Source: Oopsacas minuta
Lineage: Eukaryota > Animalia > Porifera
Assembly: GCA_024704765.1 (NCBI GenBank)
Contig: JAKMXF010000345.1
Coordinates: 124,001-188,000 of the forward strand
Length of the DNA stretch: 64,000 nucleotides
Direction of reading: 5' to 3'
Shown here one piece after another: positions 23,874-35,800 of the stretch. The position numbers and the translations under genes were made by a program. Positions within the stretch are counted from its first letter, which is position 1, and the number at the start of each line of letters is the position of its first letter. The notes beneath the pieces are model-generated. The model was not told where the DNA came from and ran no database searches. It worked only from the letters and a program-made list of their open reading frames with translations.

Positions 23874-24792
23874 TATTTTTGTGTAAATTCGTGACTTATT
23901 TGTATTTTTTCTAATTAGGAATATATTTATGAAGGTTGCTTTGGGTTCTCCCTCACTGCTAGATCCCATTCATCACCGTTGCTCACCTAATAGCAAGTTT
24001 ATTCAGGGGAGTCAATTTTGTGATGGAAATAATTCCTCTAATAGCATTTCGCGTATTATTATCAAGGAAATTCGTGCAAAATACGACTTGCTAATGGGCG
24101 AACTCCATTTTAGGGAATTTGTTGTCGGAAAAGTTTAGGAAATTTTGATTATCCAAAAGGTGTCAAATTCGATAATTTTCTGTTAGAATTTTGTGAACAC
24201 GGTCTCAAAAATTCAGGTTCATTCCGCATTGCTCTCGTAGCATATAGTAAAGAAACAGTTCAGAAGGGTTTGCCCCACAATATCGAAAATAATTCAAAAT
24301 ATTTTTGAGATAGAATTCCAAGTTTTACCAGGCATTTGAACCATCAAAACTCTGAAAAGACATCACAATATCAGTTCACAGATGTAATTTCAAATGTAGC
24401 CATTTTAGAGTATAAGTTACCATGGATAACTACAAAAAATGAACTTTCTTTGTTCGTTACCACAACATTATTCTTTCTATGTAATTTTCTGGTGTAAGCA
24501 GTTAGTTCCATCTTTTTCCAAGTTCAAATTCTCACCTCTTTATTGTCACCAATTTTACAATTGAATATAAATTCCGGCGCCATATCTCCTCACCATAGCA
24601 ATAGAATAGTTCAATTGGCATTCATGTTATAGATTTAGCGCTTTAGACATTTCTATGAAATTAGGGTTTCGTGAACACACCAATGAACAGTTATTGAATT
24701 CTGGTTTGGAAAACTTATCTTTGCATTTGATAGTGATTCTCTTTGAGGAAATTTCTATTTATTTGTATTCAAATTGTAATTATTATTCCAGC

Positions 24793-25668
24793 ATGAAATT
24801 CGATATAATTATCTTGATATTGAGTTTTAGAATATCTGTGGTAGAATTACGAGTTTGGAATGTTCTCTGGGAACGAGACTTTTGTTCACAAGCTCTCCCC
24901 GATACATTTATATATCCGTTTAACACGAATTGTAGTTTGTGTACATCTGATCAATTGCGGTTACACACACCAAATATTGGCAATTATGAAAATGTTTATC
25001 GCGTCGAAACTGAGCAAGAAATGTTAGCTTGTAATGCAACAAATGCATTGAACACTTCACCACTGATTTTTAATACAGAAACAGTATTTACGCTTATTAA
25101 CAGTGGATCTAGTGATAATGCTTTCAACTTTTACCTTGGACAATGGATATATTTGATTTCCACAAGCAATGGGACTAAACACAGTGCAAGGAATGATGTC
25201 ACGCGGCCTGTTAATTCGTGCCTACAATTCTCGTTTGTATTGTTAACGTTTGGGCAGAATTGCGGAAATTTTGACACGACGTGTAGTATGACGAGCGTTT
25301 TCACTGATAACTCGAGTCGAATAGGCTGTGAATCAGCTATCATTTCGGAAATTGTAACAGAATTAAATTCCACAGAAAATTCCACAAATTCTACAACAAA
25401 ATATCATACAAATAATTACACTATCTCTTCGCCGTTTATGTTAAAAACAGTTTTGAGAAGTTCAATTGCTTTCATCTCAATTGGAATTTTCATTTTTCTT
25501 TTCATACTTACTTGCTTCATTCTAAGCCTGATAATCACATATCGTGTGGTGAAATGCAACAAATCAAAACGCCTATTGCAAATCCACTATCAGCTAGAAC
25601 AAAATAACCTTGATGGAGAAGACAAGGAATCAAGAAGAAATAGTTTCGAATTTGTTGAACCAGTTTGA
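24793..25668 (+). CDS. Ephrin-like single-pass membrane protein 2
   Basis: Intronless, start MKFDIIILILSF at 24793. Motifs WNVLWERDFC, YENVYRV...MLACN, WIYLISTSNGT, NSCLQ. TM segment, tail ending EFVEPV*. Confidence 0.65.
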   Translation: MKFDIIILILSFRISVVELRVWNVLWERDFCSQALPDTFIYPFNTNCSLCTSDQLRLHTPNIGNYENVYRVETEQEMLACNATNALNTSPLIFNTETVFTLINSGSSDNAFNFYLGQWIYLISTSNGTKHSARNDVTRPVNSCLQFSFVLLTFGQNCGNFDTTCSMTSVFTDNSSRIGCESAIISEIVTELNSTENSTNSTTKYHTNNYTISSPFMLKTVLRSSIAFISIGIFIFLFILTCFILSLIITYRVVKCNKSKRLLQIHYQLEQNNLDGEDKESRRNSFEFVEPV

Positions 25669-26692
25669 TAAATTGTAATTAAATTCCTAGTAAAAAATTA
25701 TATTTTCTAATAACCACCTTTCTTCCAGGGCTTATGCTTACTGTTAGGTTTCTTTTTGTATTCCTTGGTTAATCTTATCTTCATAGCTTTGTATGCATTG
25801 GGTATAATTACTGGTAGTTCATTTTCTCTCTACACATATTTATATGCATTATTATCGCATAATTATCTGTTTTGAATTGTGTTTATTGGAGCTAGTGAAT
25901 TTACACAATTCCATGAGTTTATTGTGTGTTACTTTTCATCTGGAAATACTATTTGTTGTCGTATATTCCCTAGTCCAGATGTGTATAAGAGATAGCTCTA
26001 GGTGTGTTGTAGATTTTTACGTCACTTTTGGGTGTGAAAAATCGGTTTAATTAATCATTTTGTGAAATGACCTTTGCATACACATTGAGTTAATTTTCAA
26101 TTTAACTTTAACTTTATTCCCAGTAGATTTTGGAGGTTGTCATATTTATCAACTTCTTTTACAAATTTCTCAGAATTTCACGTCATTCCCCCTATTACAC
26201 CAGAAAATATCCAGAAATATTACAAAAATGGAAACCGGGATAATCCAGTGATACAAGATTGGCAAGTATGGTATTTGTGCGTTGGACAACCAAATATACA
26301 TATGTGTTTTCAAATACTATACAGCAGAAGTGGGGAAGGTTGGCTGGGCAGGTGAATCTCCGTTGATAACCCCCGAGTCAATTTTTATAGCCACTTCCTC
26401 CAACGAATGTTTTTACATACAATATTCGATTATTATAATATGCCCTAAGGTTGTTGGTTGGATATGCAATTGGTAACAAATTTCTTCTGGGAAACCCAAA
26501 AATTCTATTCATCAAAGCGATAAATACAATGTTTTTTCCAAACTTAGCACAGAAATTGATTATTCAAGAAATTTATCGTAGAATCTTCTAGAGGTTCGTT
26601 TTTATGAAAATGAATAAAGGTGTACCAAATTTGTCCAGCTTATAGAGTTTGCACTGTAATTTGTAATATTAATTAAATTATATTTAGTATAA

Positions 26693-27676
26693 ATGTTCCT
26701 CTACTCATTTCTCATCTTATGCTTCACACATGTCTGCCTCCCTGCTACCAATTACGATATAATCTGGGATCAAAACTATTGTAATGAAAAAGACAGATAT
26801 AATAACTATCTACTGCCACATAACTCTCCTTGTTCATTCTGTTTTGGTGACGTCATAACATTGCATATAAACTCTACGTCTGTGACATATGAGAATCTTT
26901 ATCGTGTACCCACAGCCACGGATATGATCAATTGTAATGCAACTGTCAATGATAATACTCAATCTATTGTGTTCAATGACAGACAAGAAATAACTATACG
27001 AGCAGGTGGTAGTGAAGCAGCTTTGTCTTTCCAATTACAACCTGATGCTTATTACTTTATTTCTACAAGTAATGGAACACAATTTTCCGCTGATAATGAT
27101 GTAATACAATCACCTAATTCATGTCTTCAATTGGCATTTACCGTTTTATTAGATAATAATGCAGGTTGCGGTAATTACACTGCAAATTGTGTCTTTAATT
27201 CCGTATTTACTGATCCTTCATCTTCGTTATTTTGCTCAAACACTTGGACTACTAATTCTGGTACTATGACAACGATGGGAACCACCAGCACGACGCCGTT
27301 TCCCACCACGAATACAACAACACAAACAACAGCAACACCAATTTCTACGGTGGGACTTTCAATAATTTTCTATGTCAACACGACAGATTCACCAGATCTA
27401 ATTGCAGGGCTATATGCATTACTCGCAATCTGTATTATTTTTATATTTATATTTTTCATATTCGGAATTGTATGCCTACCTTTATTCTGGTTTGGCAAAA
27501 TTCCAGATCCATGCTCTTCAACTTTCATTCTCAACCCCAAAAGGAGACGAAAACATAGACTTTCCAATTTTTCCTATAAAGAAAGAACAGGAGTAATCGA
27601 AATAGGACACCCTCAGGCCCAGCCAAATAATGAAGAATCGCCATACGTCAATTTAGAACAAATGACAATACAATAA
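26693..27676 (+). CDS. Ephrin-like single-pass membrane protein 3
   Basis: Intronless, 327 aa. Signal peptide, YDIIWDQNYC, GDVITLHIN, YENLYRV...MINCN, YYFISTSNGT, NSCLQL. Thr-rich stalk, TM, tail with PYVNL. Confidence 0.7.
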   Translation: MFLYSFLILCFTHVCLPATNYDIIWDQNYCNEKDRYNNYLLPHNSPCSFCFGDVITLHINSTSVTYENLYRVPTATDMINCNATVNDNTQSIVFNDRQEITIRAGGSEAALSFQLQPDAYYFISTSNGTQFSADNDVIQSPNSCLQLAFTVLLDNNAGCGNYTANCVFNSVFTDPSSSLFCSNTWTTNSGTMTTMGTTSTTPFPTTNTTTQTTATPISTVGLSIIFYVNTTDSPDLIAGLYALLAICIIFIFIFFIFGIVCLPLFWFGKIPDPCSSTFILNPKRRRKHRLSNFSYKERTGVIEIGHPQAQPNNEESPYVNLEQMTIQ

Positions 27677-27996
27677 AAATATTATCACTTAATTTTCATC
27701 AAAATAGTTATTATATTAGTTAGACTAACCTTATACACTTTTGATTGAAATACATTTGTGCATAATTACTGACTATTTTGAAGTATTTATGCATCTTCCT
27801 CATATTCTATATCTCTGCTCTTTCCCAGCAATATTACGCTTTTGATAACTAGATTTCTAGTGAATATTTCTGACTATGTCGTTGCTAGGGTGGAACAACC
27901 AGGAGCGTGTCCTGAGGGCATATTATTGTTCGAAACTCTAATCCCTCGGGTTTCACCCGTTGACACTATATCTATCTCAACATATTCTGTTAACCC

Positions 27997-28132
27997 CTCC
28001 CATAGACTGTAATACAAATTCTGAGATCCTGTGGACTCCCTAGTGTTTTACGTGAAACACCAAAGGTGGCAAGGGGCCATCAGTTCCCTAGGGTGCACAG
28101 GATCTCAAAATTTGTATTGCAGCCTATGGGAG
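27997..28132. mobile_element. MITE with about 35-bp TIRs (CCCATAG(A/G)CTG(T/C)AATACAAATT...GAGATCCTGTG)
   Basis: Both ends are reverse complements. Related ends occur at about 12098-12140 and 48636-48670. Confidence 0.7.
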
Positions 28133-28229
28133 GAGGTCCTTAGAATTGTTAAAATTGATCCACTGGTGGAGGTTTAAAATTGGTGTTCTAGCCAATATGT
28201 AATCATTTTACGATATAATTAGCTCAATT

Positions 28230-29174
28230 ATGAATTATCTAAAATCTTTTCTAATTCTGTGCTTCACACATGTCTGCCTCCCTGCTACCAATTATAACAT
28301 AATCTGGGATCGAAACTATTGTAATGAAAAAGACAGATATAATAACTATCTACTGCCACATAACTCTCCCTGTTCATTCTGTTTTGATGACGTCATAACA
28401 TTATATGTAAACTCTACAGCTGATACATATGAGAATCTTTATCGTGTACCCACAGCAACGGATATGGTAAATTGTAATGCAACTGTCAATGATAATACTC
28501 AATCTATTGTGTTCAATGACAGACAAGAAATAACTATACGAGCAGGTGGTAGTGAAGCAGCTTTGTCTTTCCAATTACAACCTGATGCTTATTACTTTAT
28601 TTCTACAAGTAATGGAACACAATTTTCCGCTGAAAACGATGTAATACAATCACCTAATTCATGTCTTCAATTGGCATTTACCGTTTTATTAAATAATAAT
28701 GCAGATTGCGGCAATTACTTTGCGAATTGTAACTATACTTCCGTAATAACTGATCCTACATCTTCGTTATCTTGCTTGGGCTTTTCAAATGCTACAAATA
28801 CCACAAAAGTTAATGTGACTAACACATCACCAACTATGACGTCACCAGCAACAATGATGACGTCAGCTAGCCCAGTTTATCTTATAATAACATTCTATAG
28901 CTACACATCACATCCTACAGGTTTAATAGTATTTCTTTACATTTTACTGACATGTGTTGTATTTGCTATTATTTTGTATCTAATCTTTGGTAGCATTTCT
29001 ATACCTCTATTCTGGATATGTTCTGGATCCAAAGGTCAATATACACCGAAATTCAAAAACACAGTTTCACAAGAAACTTCACAAGAAACTTCGCAAGAAA
29101 CTTCGCAAGAAACTCCACCGATTTATAAATCAGGTGACAAATTTCAACGAAAGATTTACCCATATAATTCGTGA
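28230..29174 (+). CDS. Ephrin-like single-pass membrane protein 4
   Basis: Intronless, 314 aa. Ectodomain close to copy 3. Tail carries (SQET)4 from a 12-bp tandem repeat. Confidence 0.7.
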   Translation: MNYLKSFLILCFTHVCLPATNYNIIWDRNYCNEKDRYNNYLLPHNSPCSFCFDDVITLYVNSTADTYENLYRVPTATDMVNCNATVNDNTQSIVFNDRQEITIRAGGSEAALSFQLQPDAYYFISTSNGTQFSAENDVIQSPNSCLQLAFTVLLNNNADCGNYFANCNYTSVITDPTSSLSCLGFSNATNTTKVNVTNTSPTMTSPATMMTSASPVYLIITFYSYTSHPTGLIVFLYILLTCVVFAIILYLIFGSISIPLFWICSGSKGQYTPKFKNTVSQETSQETSQETSQETPPIYKSGDKFQRKIYPYNS

Positions 29175-30140
29175 TTAATATATTCCAAATATTTTTAATA
29201 ACCTTTTACTAATTACGATGTCTTATGATAACCTTTTTTGGCCGTATTTATCACTTTTTATGTTTCACATATTATTTATAATTCTTATACCATTACATGG
29301 GACTGTTGATAATGACAATTTCAAGGGACTGGGGAAAGGTCCTGTTATGTAGAATTGCCTTGCGGTCTAGCTTGGAAGCCCAAACCATGAACGGGGTTCG
29401 TATCGTGCTTGCGATGGACTTGTAACATCTTGCAGAAACAGTCCATACTTACCAATTTTCCCTGGGTTTTCGAAATTTCGTGAATTTCCCAGTTTTTCAT
29501 ACATAAATAGCGAATTCATACAATTATTCATAGAAAAATCCCCTAAAATTTCCATAAATTCATGAATTCTAGTTTTTCACATAATTCCAAATTTCTTACA
29601 ATACTTTACTCATTATTGCAAATTTCTGCTACAAATACATAAATACATTAGCTTGTATGTTCTAATTAAATTTATAACAAATCTAATATTTTGATTCCTT
29701 AAATATATGTATTTTACGAAACTTCATGCTTACATATTTTCAAGTTATTTTAGAGAAGATGCACTGTAAATGCATCCAAACTAATGATCACATTGAGTAA
29801 GCCATTTTCTGTTAATTGGAGGTTAAAGTGTTGTAGCACTATTTCCTTTTATGGAAAAAGTGAAATTTTTCTTAGAATATTTCTTGTCATTATGTATTCC
29901 ATTAAATTGAGGATTAATTGAATACGTATACAGTGGATCAGGCCTGTGGAAACTGGGAAATTCTGGAACGGAGTGAGAAAGATATAGAGCGAATTCATAG
30001 TCCCTTATAAATGATCCTCCACAAACAGGGTAGAATTTTCGGCGTGTTTGTGAGGGTTACACTGATATAATTTACAAATGTATTTTACCGTAATTTTGTA
30101 GTAAAATTTTCGTTTAGTTATCTCGCAAAAATAGCTTAAA

Positions 30141-31142
30141 ATGTTTAGATTTTCATTTCTCATCTTATGCTTCACACATGTCTGCCTCCCTGCTACCAAT
30201 TACGATATAATCTGGGATCAAAACTATTGTAATGAAAAAGACAGATATAATAACTATCTACTGCCACATAACTCTCCTTGTTCATTCTGTTTTGGTGACG
30301 TCATAACATTGCATATAAACTCTACGTCTGTGACATATGAGAATCTTTATCGTGTACCCACAGCCACGGATATGATCAATTGTAATGCAACTGTCAATGA
30401 TAATACTCAATCTATTGTGTTCAATAATAAACGAGAAATAACTATACGAGCAGGTGGTAGTGAAGCAGCTTTGTCTTTCCAATTACAACCTGATGCTTAT
30501 TACTTTATTTCTACAAGTAATGGAACACAATTTTCCGCTGATAATGATGTAATACAATCACCTAATTCATGTCTTCAATTGGCATTTACCGTTTTATTAG
30601 ATAATAATGCAGGTTGCGGTAATTACACTGCAAATTGTGTCTTTAATTCCGTATTTACTGATCCTTCATCTTCGTTATTTTGTCCTCTTCCAACTACGAC
30701 ACCCATGATAACAATAGCTCCTACAACAATAACTCCTACAGCAACGAATTCATCGTCAATGAATGATACCACTCAATCAGCAGGTACTACGTCATCAAAT
30801 GGACCTTTAGTAATAATTTTTGAAGTTTTCGTTCCAGCTCAAATGGAAGCAGTCATTGCTATTAGTACACTAATTGCTATTACTATTTTCCTAATAATTT
30901 GCATTCCTTTAGTTGCAATTCCGCTATTGATTCTATACGCATTAGGCAAAATTGGCTGTGATTGTAATACTCTAAAATTTAAACATCTTTCCGAACCGTC
31001 TTCTCCAATCAGTCCAGTAACTAACCTTAGAAGCAGTCTAGATGGCATGTCTCAATCGAACGAATATGATTTGCAAGGGAAGCCACAGGATAAAATTGAT
31101 AATGAATTGTATATTCCACCCCACCAACCAGATGATGCGTAA
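30141..31142 (+). CDS. Ephrin-like single-pass membrane protein 5
   Basis: Intronless, 333 aa. Ectodomain DNA nearly identical to copy 3, while stalk, TM and tail are unrelated. Confidence 0.7.
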   Translation: MFRFSFLILCFTHVCLPATNYDIIWDQNYCNEKDRYNNYLLPHNSPCSFCFGDVITLHINSTSVTYENLYRVPTATDMINCNATVNDNTQSIVFNNKREITIRAGGSEAALSFQLQPDAYYFISTSNGTQFSADNDVIQSPNSCLQLAFTVLLDNNAGCGNYTANCVFNSVFTDPSSSLFCPLPTTTPMITIAPTTITPTATNSSSMNDTTQSAGTTSSNGPLVIIFEVFVPAQMEAVIAISTLIAITIFLIICIPLVAIPLLILYALGKIGCDCNTLKFKHLSEPSSPISPVTNLRSSLDGMSQSNEYDLQGKPQDKIDNELYIPPHQPDDA

Positions 31143-31543
31143 GGAATTTAGCCAACGTTCCTCTTTACCTAATTCGTATATTCATTTTGAATTTAGTATA
31201 TAGAGATTTTTCATATATTGAGTGAGTTTTACATATTGTGTTTGTATATATTTCTGATGTATTGATAATCTGGTTTCGCAGGAATTGTCATGTTTTTAAT
31301 TATTAATTAGGAATTGTTGAGTTTTTGAGTGTCAGTTTAATAAATTGTTGTTGTTTTGATGGGTTTAATGAGGGAGGAGGTAATTAACTGTTTTCATTGG
31401 TTGGCGTCGCATGAGACGAAATTTTTCTGTATTTAGCTTTTGCAATTTGGTGCCTCATAATCACTTTTTTAGTTCCCGGCTGCCTTATCAGACAGTTGAC
31501 AAGTTCCTTAAATCTATATACATATACTGATATTAGCTCAACG

Positions 31544-32413
31544 ATGTATTTCCATTCCTTCATTCTTCTCAGCTATTTATGTATATGCTTCGCCATCAAT
31601 TACGATATAATCTGGGATCAAAACTATTGTAGCGAAATGGACAGATATCCAAGTAGTTACTTACTACCCACAAACTCTCCGTGTTCATTTTGCTTTGGTG
31701 ACGTCATAACACTACGTATAAACTCTACGTCTGTGACATATGAGAATCTTTATCGCGTACCCACAGCCACGGATATGATCAATTGTAATGCAACTGTCAA
31801 TGAAAATACTCAATCTATTGTGTTCAATGATAAACGAGAAATAACTATACGAGCAGGTGGTAGTGAAGCAGCTTTGTCTTTCCAATTGCAACCTGATGCT
31901 TATTACTTTATTTCTACAAGTGATGGAACACAAAATTCAGCTGAAAACGATTTATTACAATCACTTAATTCATGTCTTCAATTAACATTTTATGTTCTAT
32001 TGAATGAAAATCCGATTTGTGGGAATTATGAAGCGAATTGTGCTAGTGGATCTGTATTTACTGATCCAAACTCTTCACTATTTTGTAGTTCTCCAACTCC
32101 AACCCCAACTCCAACTCCAACTCCAACTCCAACTCCAACTCCAACTCCAACTCCAACTATGTCAACAATGCCGATGTCAACAACCGCAATTCCACCATCT
32201 AATGACAATCAATCGTCTATCGTTTTCTATATATTTGTACCCGATCCAATTGCTACAGTAGTAATACTTTCTATTCTAACTGCATTCATTGCTTTCCTAA
32301 TTATAGCTGTTCTCGTTATCGGAATAACTCTACTGGTTTTCTATGGACTGGGCAGAAATATCTGCCCGTGTGTTGTTAAAGCCGAACCCTCCTATGAATT
32401 TGCGGAAAAGTAG
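31544..32413 (+). CDS. Ephrin-like single-pass membrane protein 6
   Basis: Intronless, likely start MYFHSFILL at 31544. Same ectodomain motifs (YYFISTSDGT), (PT)n stalk encoded by (CCAACT)n near 32093-32158, TM, short tail SYEFAEK*. Confidence 0.7.
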   Translation: MYFHSFILLSYLCICFAINYDIIWDQNYCSEMDRYPSSYLLPTNSPCSFCFGDVITLRINSTSVTYENLYRVPTATDMINCNATVNENTQSIVFNDKREITIRAGGSEAALSFQLQPDAYYFISTSDGTQNSAENDLLQSLNSCLQLTFYVLLNENPICGNYEANCASGSVFTDPNSSLFCSSPTPTPTPTPTPTPTPTPTPTPTMSTMPMSTTAIPPSNDNQSSIVFYIFVPDPIATVVILSILTAFIAFLIIAVLVIGITLLVFYGLGRNICPCVVKAEPSYEFAEK

Positions 32414-32828
32414 CTATAGACTGTGATAAATTACCCAACAAATATTTCGTATATTCGCTCTTTATGGCAAAATTAATAAATCACTTTTTGTAATATTATC
32501 TGTGTATATGTTGAGCTATTACATCTCTACTGAAATGTCCGCGGAGAATTGTCCCCACAGTAAATTACACCCTCTGTTATACTCCTATGGTGAGATGTAT
32601 GTTTAATGTTTTAGATTGAAATATTGCAGAAATTCTTTTTTTTGCTGTCGGCACAGGTAATTTGGATTTTATGCGCGCACTCTGCTCGCATATTCAAATA
32701 GTCATGTGTATGCATCTATGGGTGTCTATTTTCACTTGATATCCTTCAAGTGTATATTTTTAATACTTTTGGCGATGTTTCATATTTTCACACCTTTTCA
32801 AAGATCATTTAGATTAGATTAGATTCAT

Positions 32829-35800
32829 ATGGCTGAAAAAGATTTATATTTTCAAGGATTAAGCATTCTATTTATCAATTCAGGGCTTATTAAAGCAAGA
32901 GCGAACATTCTTAAGAAACAACTAGAAAAATTTGGCGGTACTTTCTCATCAAAATACATACCATCAGCCACTACACACATCCTTACAGTACCAAATATAA
33001 CAAAAAGTTCATTTGAAAAGGAATTAGAATTAAAAATTGATGAAATAAAATGCCCAATTTTGAATGTTGAATGGTTAAGTGTGTGCTTAACAAAATCAAA
33101 ATTACATACAGAAGCAGGATTTTTGCATGATTTTAAGTCAGAATTAAACAACGAAAAAACTCACACACCCGCGGTTCCTGTAAAAAATGTTACAATTCCG
33201 AAGCCAGTGGAAGCGCCCCCTGAATTGTACCCACAGGGAGAAACCGTGTTGGGTATGAAGCGGAAATTATATGATAGTGATGATGATTCTAAAGATTCTG
33301 TGGATTTTAATACGAACACTAAGAAGTATCTTTATCCACAAGTTGTGAGAGGGAAAAATACAGCGGGTATGTTGAGAATTTAAAATCTGGAGGGACAGAG
33401 CCAGGTTTATAAAATAATTTGTAATAAATCATATGACTCATATCCCTTGTTCTGGTATTCTTACAACTTAACACCGGTATCTATCACTTTTCACATTTTC
33501 ACTTTGTATCTCAATATGTTATTGTTACATACCACAGGTAGATGGAAGCAAAACAAACCAAGTTATTCAAATTCAGAACAGAAATCGACTATTATTGATC
33601 AATTGGATTCTGATAGTGATTATAATACTACCACTGATGATGATGATGATGTCAGAGGGAATGTGAATTTTACATTTGGCGATAATCAACTAGAAAAAGG
33701 GAAGCAGATTGAATATTCACCCCCGAAGCGAAAATTGGTAATAATACACAGTGGATGCTGGCTGAATGAACACCCTTGGGAGTAGCAATATATACTCTTA
33801 TAACCAGCATAAATATACATGAATATATGCAACTGTTTTTCAGGGCATAGTTCTTATAACCTGCATCCACTGATATATGTATATGTGACGTATTATCTTA
33901 AGTACAGTGGAGTTCGTCTATTAACAATCGTATTTTCCTTGCTAAATGCGCGAATTTGCGATTATGCGAAATATATGCAAAATACACTATATGTTCATGA
34001 ATAGGCAGATTTTAGATCTACGTTTATCTGCTTGCTTATTTTTTAAAGAATCTACTGTATTTTTTAGAAAGGCTTCTCTTGTATGACTGGGAAATCACAA
34101 CTTCCTACTAACTACAACAAACACATTACAGATAAATTAGAAGAATTAGCCGTGTTATATAAAGCGCGAGGAGAGAATTGGAAAGAGAGAAGTTATTCAA
34201 AAGCTGTAGCCGTGTTAAAGAAACATCCAAAGGAGGTTACGTCATGGGAGGAGGCTAAGAATTTACCATGCATTGGTAGGCTAGAATAGTTTGTGTTAAT
34301 TTTCGCCGCTGATAACGAGTTTCATACCTGAAAAGTTAAAACTGATAGAAAATGATAACTTTTAAAAATCTGCGAATATACATGCAAAATGTCAGTGGCG
34401 AGTATTCGCGAAATTTACCATTTATCAAGTCGAATCCTCGCAATTACACGGTTTAGAAATTCGCATGAAATATCACTCTAAATCAGGGACGGTCCCACTG
34501 TAATCGGTTAATAGGGTGCCGGTTAATTTGGTCACTTGTCCTAAACAGACCCATGTAAATAGGATCAAATTGCAACGTTTAATCGGGGCAAAATTCCTGA
34601 TCCCAAGCGAAGCATGGTCTACTGTATTACAAATGTATTTGACATTATTGTATTTAGGAGAAAGTTTAGCTGACAAAGTTTGGGAAATTATATCAAGTGG
34701 GAGATTAAGGAAACTCGACCACTTGTCAGAAGATAAAGATACCAGCTCAATATCTCTATTCTCTAACCTATGGGGAGCTGGGCTTGTGACTGCTAATAAA
34801 TGGTTTGCACAAGGTTATCGAACTTTAGATGATATCAGAGAGAAGGCTGAGCTAACAAGGTAAGTAATTAGAATATACAATAAACTCCCGTTATGTCGAA
34901 GCTCAAGGGACCGCGAAAGTTACTTCGATATAACCGATGTAATATATGCTACTTTGACTGTTTGGGACCATATTTGTATAATTACAGACTTCGATATATC
35001 CGTGTTCGTTATAACTGGGGTGTATACAATATTTACAATGAATAATATTGAGATAAAATTTCCTATTTTTTTGGCTATTTTCTGATATATTTTTGTGGGA
35101 ATTTCTTAACATATTATATTCAGATTTTAGAGATTAGGCAATGGATATTCATGAAATAGCTTAAACGGTTGTGTTAATTGGATTTTCCTGTAATTATATA
35201 TACAGCGAATCTCTACAAATGTGGCCTGTGGCAACGGAGTGAAAATACAAGGAACGAATTCCTAGTGCCACAAAGTGCACCTCCCAAAACGGAAACGGGG
35301 AGCATTTGCGGCGTCCCCGTTTATGGAGGTTACACTGTATTTACATAATTCACAAATGGAAATGCCAGCTAGAAATTCCTTTTTCCTAACACTATTCCCA
35401 GGCAACAACAAGTTGGTATGAAGTATTACGAAGAATTTATTGAAAGAATCCCACGTGTAGAAGTAATAGAAATAGAGGATATTGTTAAGGAAGTAATCCA
35501 TGGCATAAATCCTGGTCTAATCCTTGTTACTTGTGGTTCATTTCGTAGAGGGAAAAGTACGTGTGGTGACGTAGATTGTCTGATATCACATCCTGATGGT
35601 AAATCACATAAGGGAGTATTTCAACAGGTATATTTGATGTTTTATTGGCATTTATAGTGTATTTGAGTATTTCTTAATTGATGCACCTTGTCGATTAATA
35701 ACATACTTATTAATACAAAACGGACACTCCGAGAAGTGGACAATCCCTCTACAACGGACAAACCTCCTGGAATGAATTAGCAATCATATATGTAATACTT

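Noticed and set aside
23010-32413. Copper-binding phytocyanin or plastocyanin genes
   Set aside because: The His/Cys/His/Met ligand set is missing (YYFISTSNG has Ser where the Cys ligand would be). The STSNG motif fits ephrin-B better.
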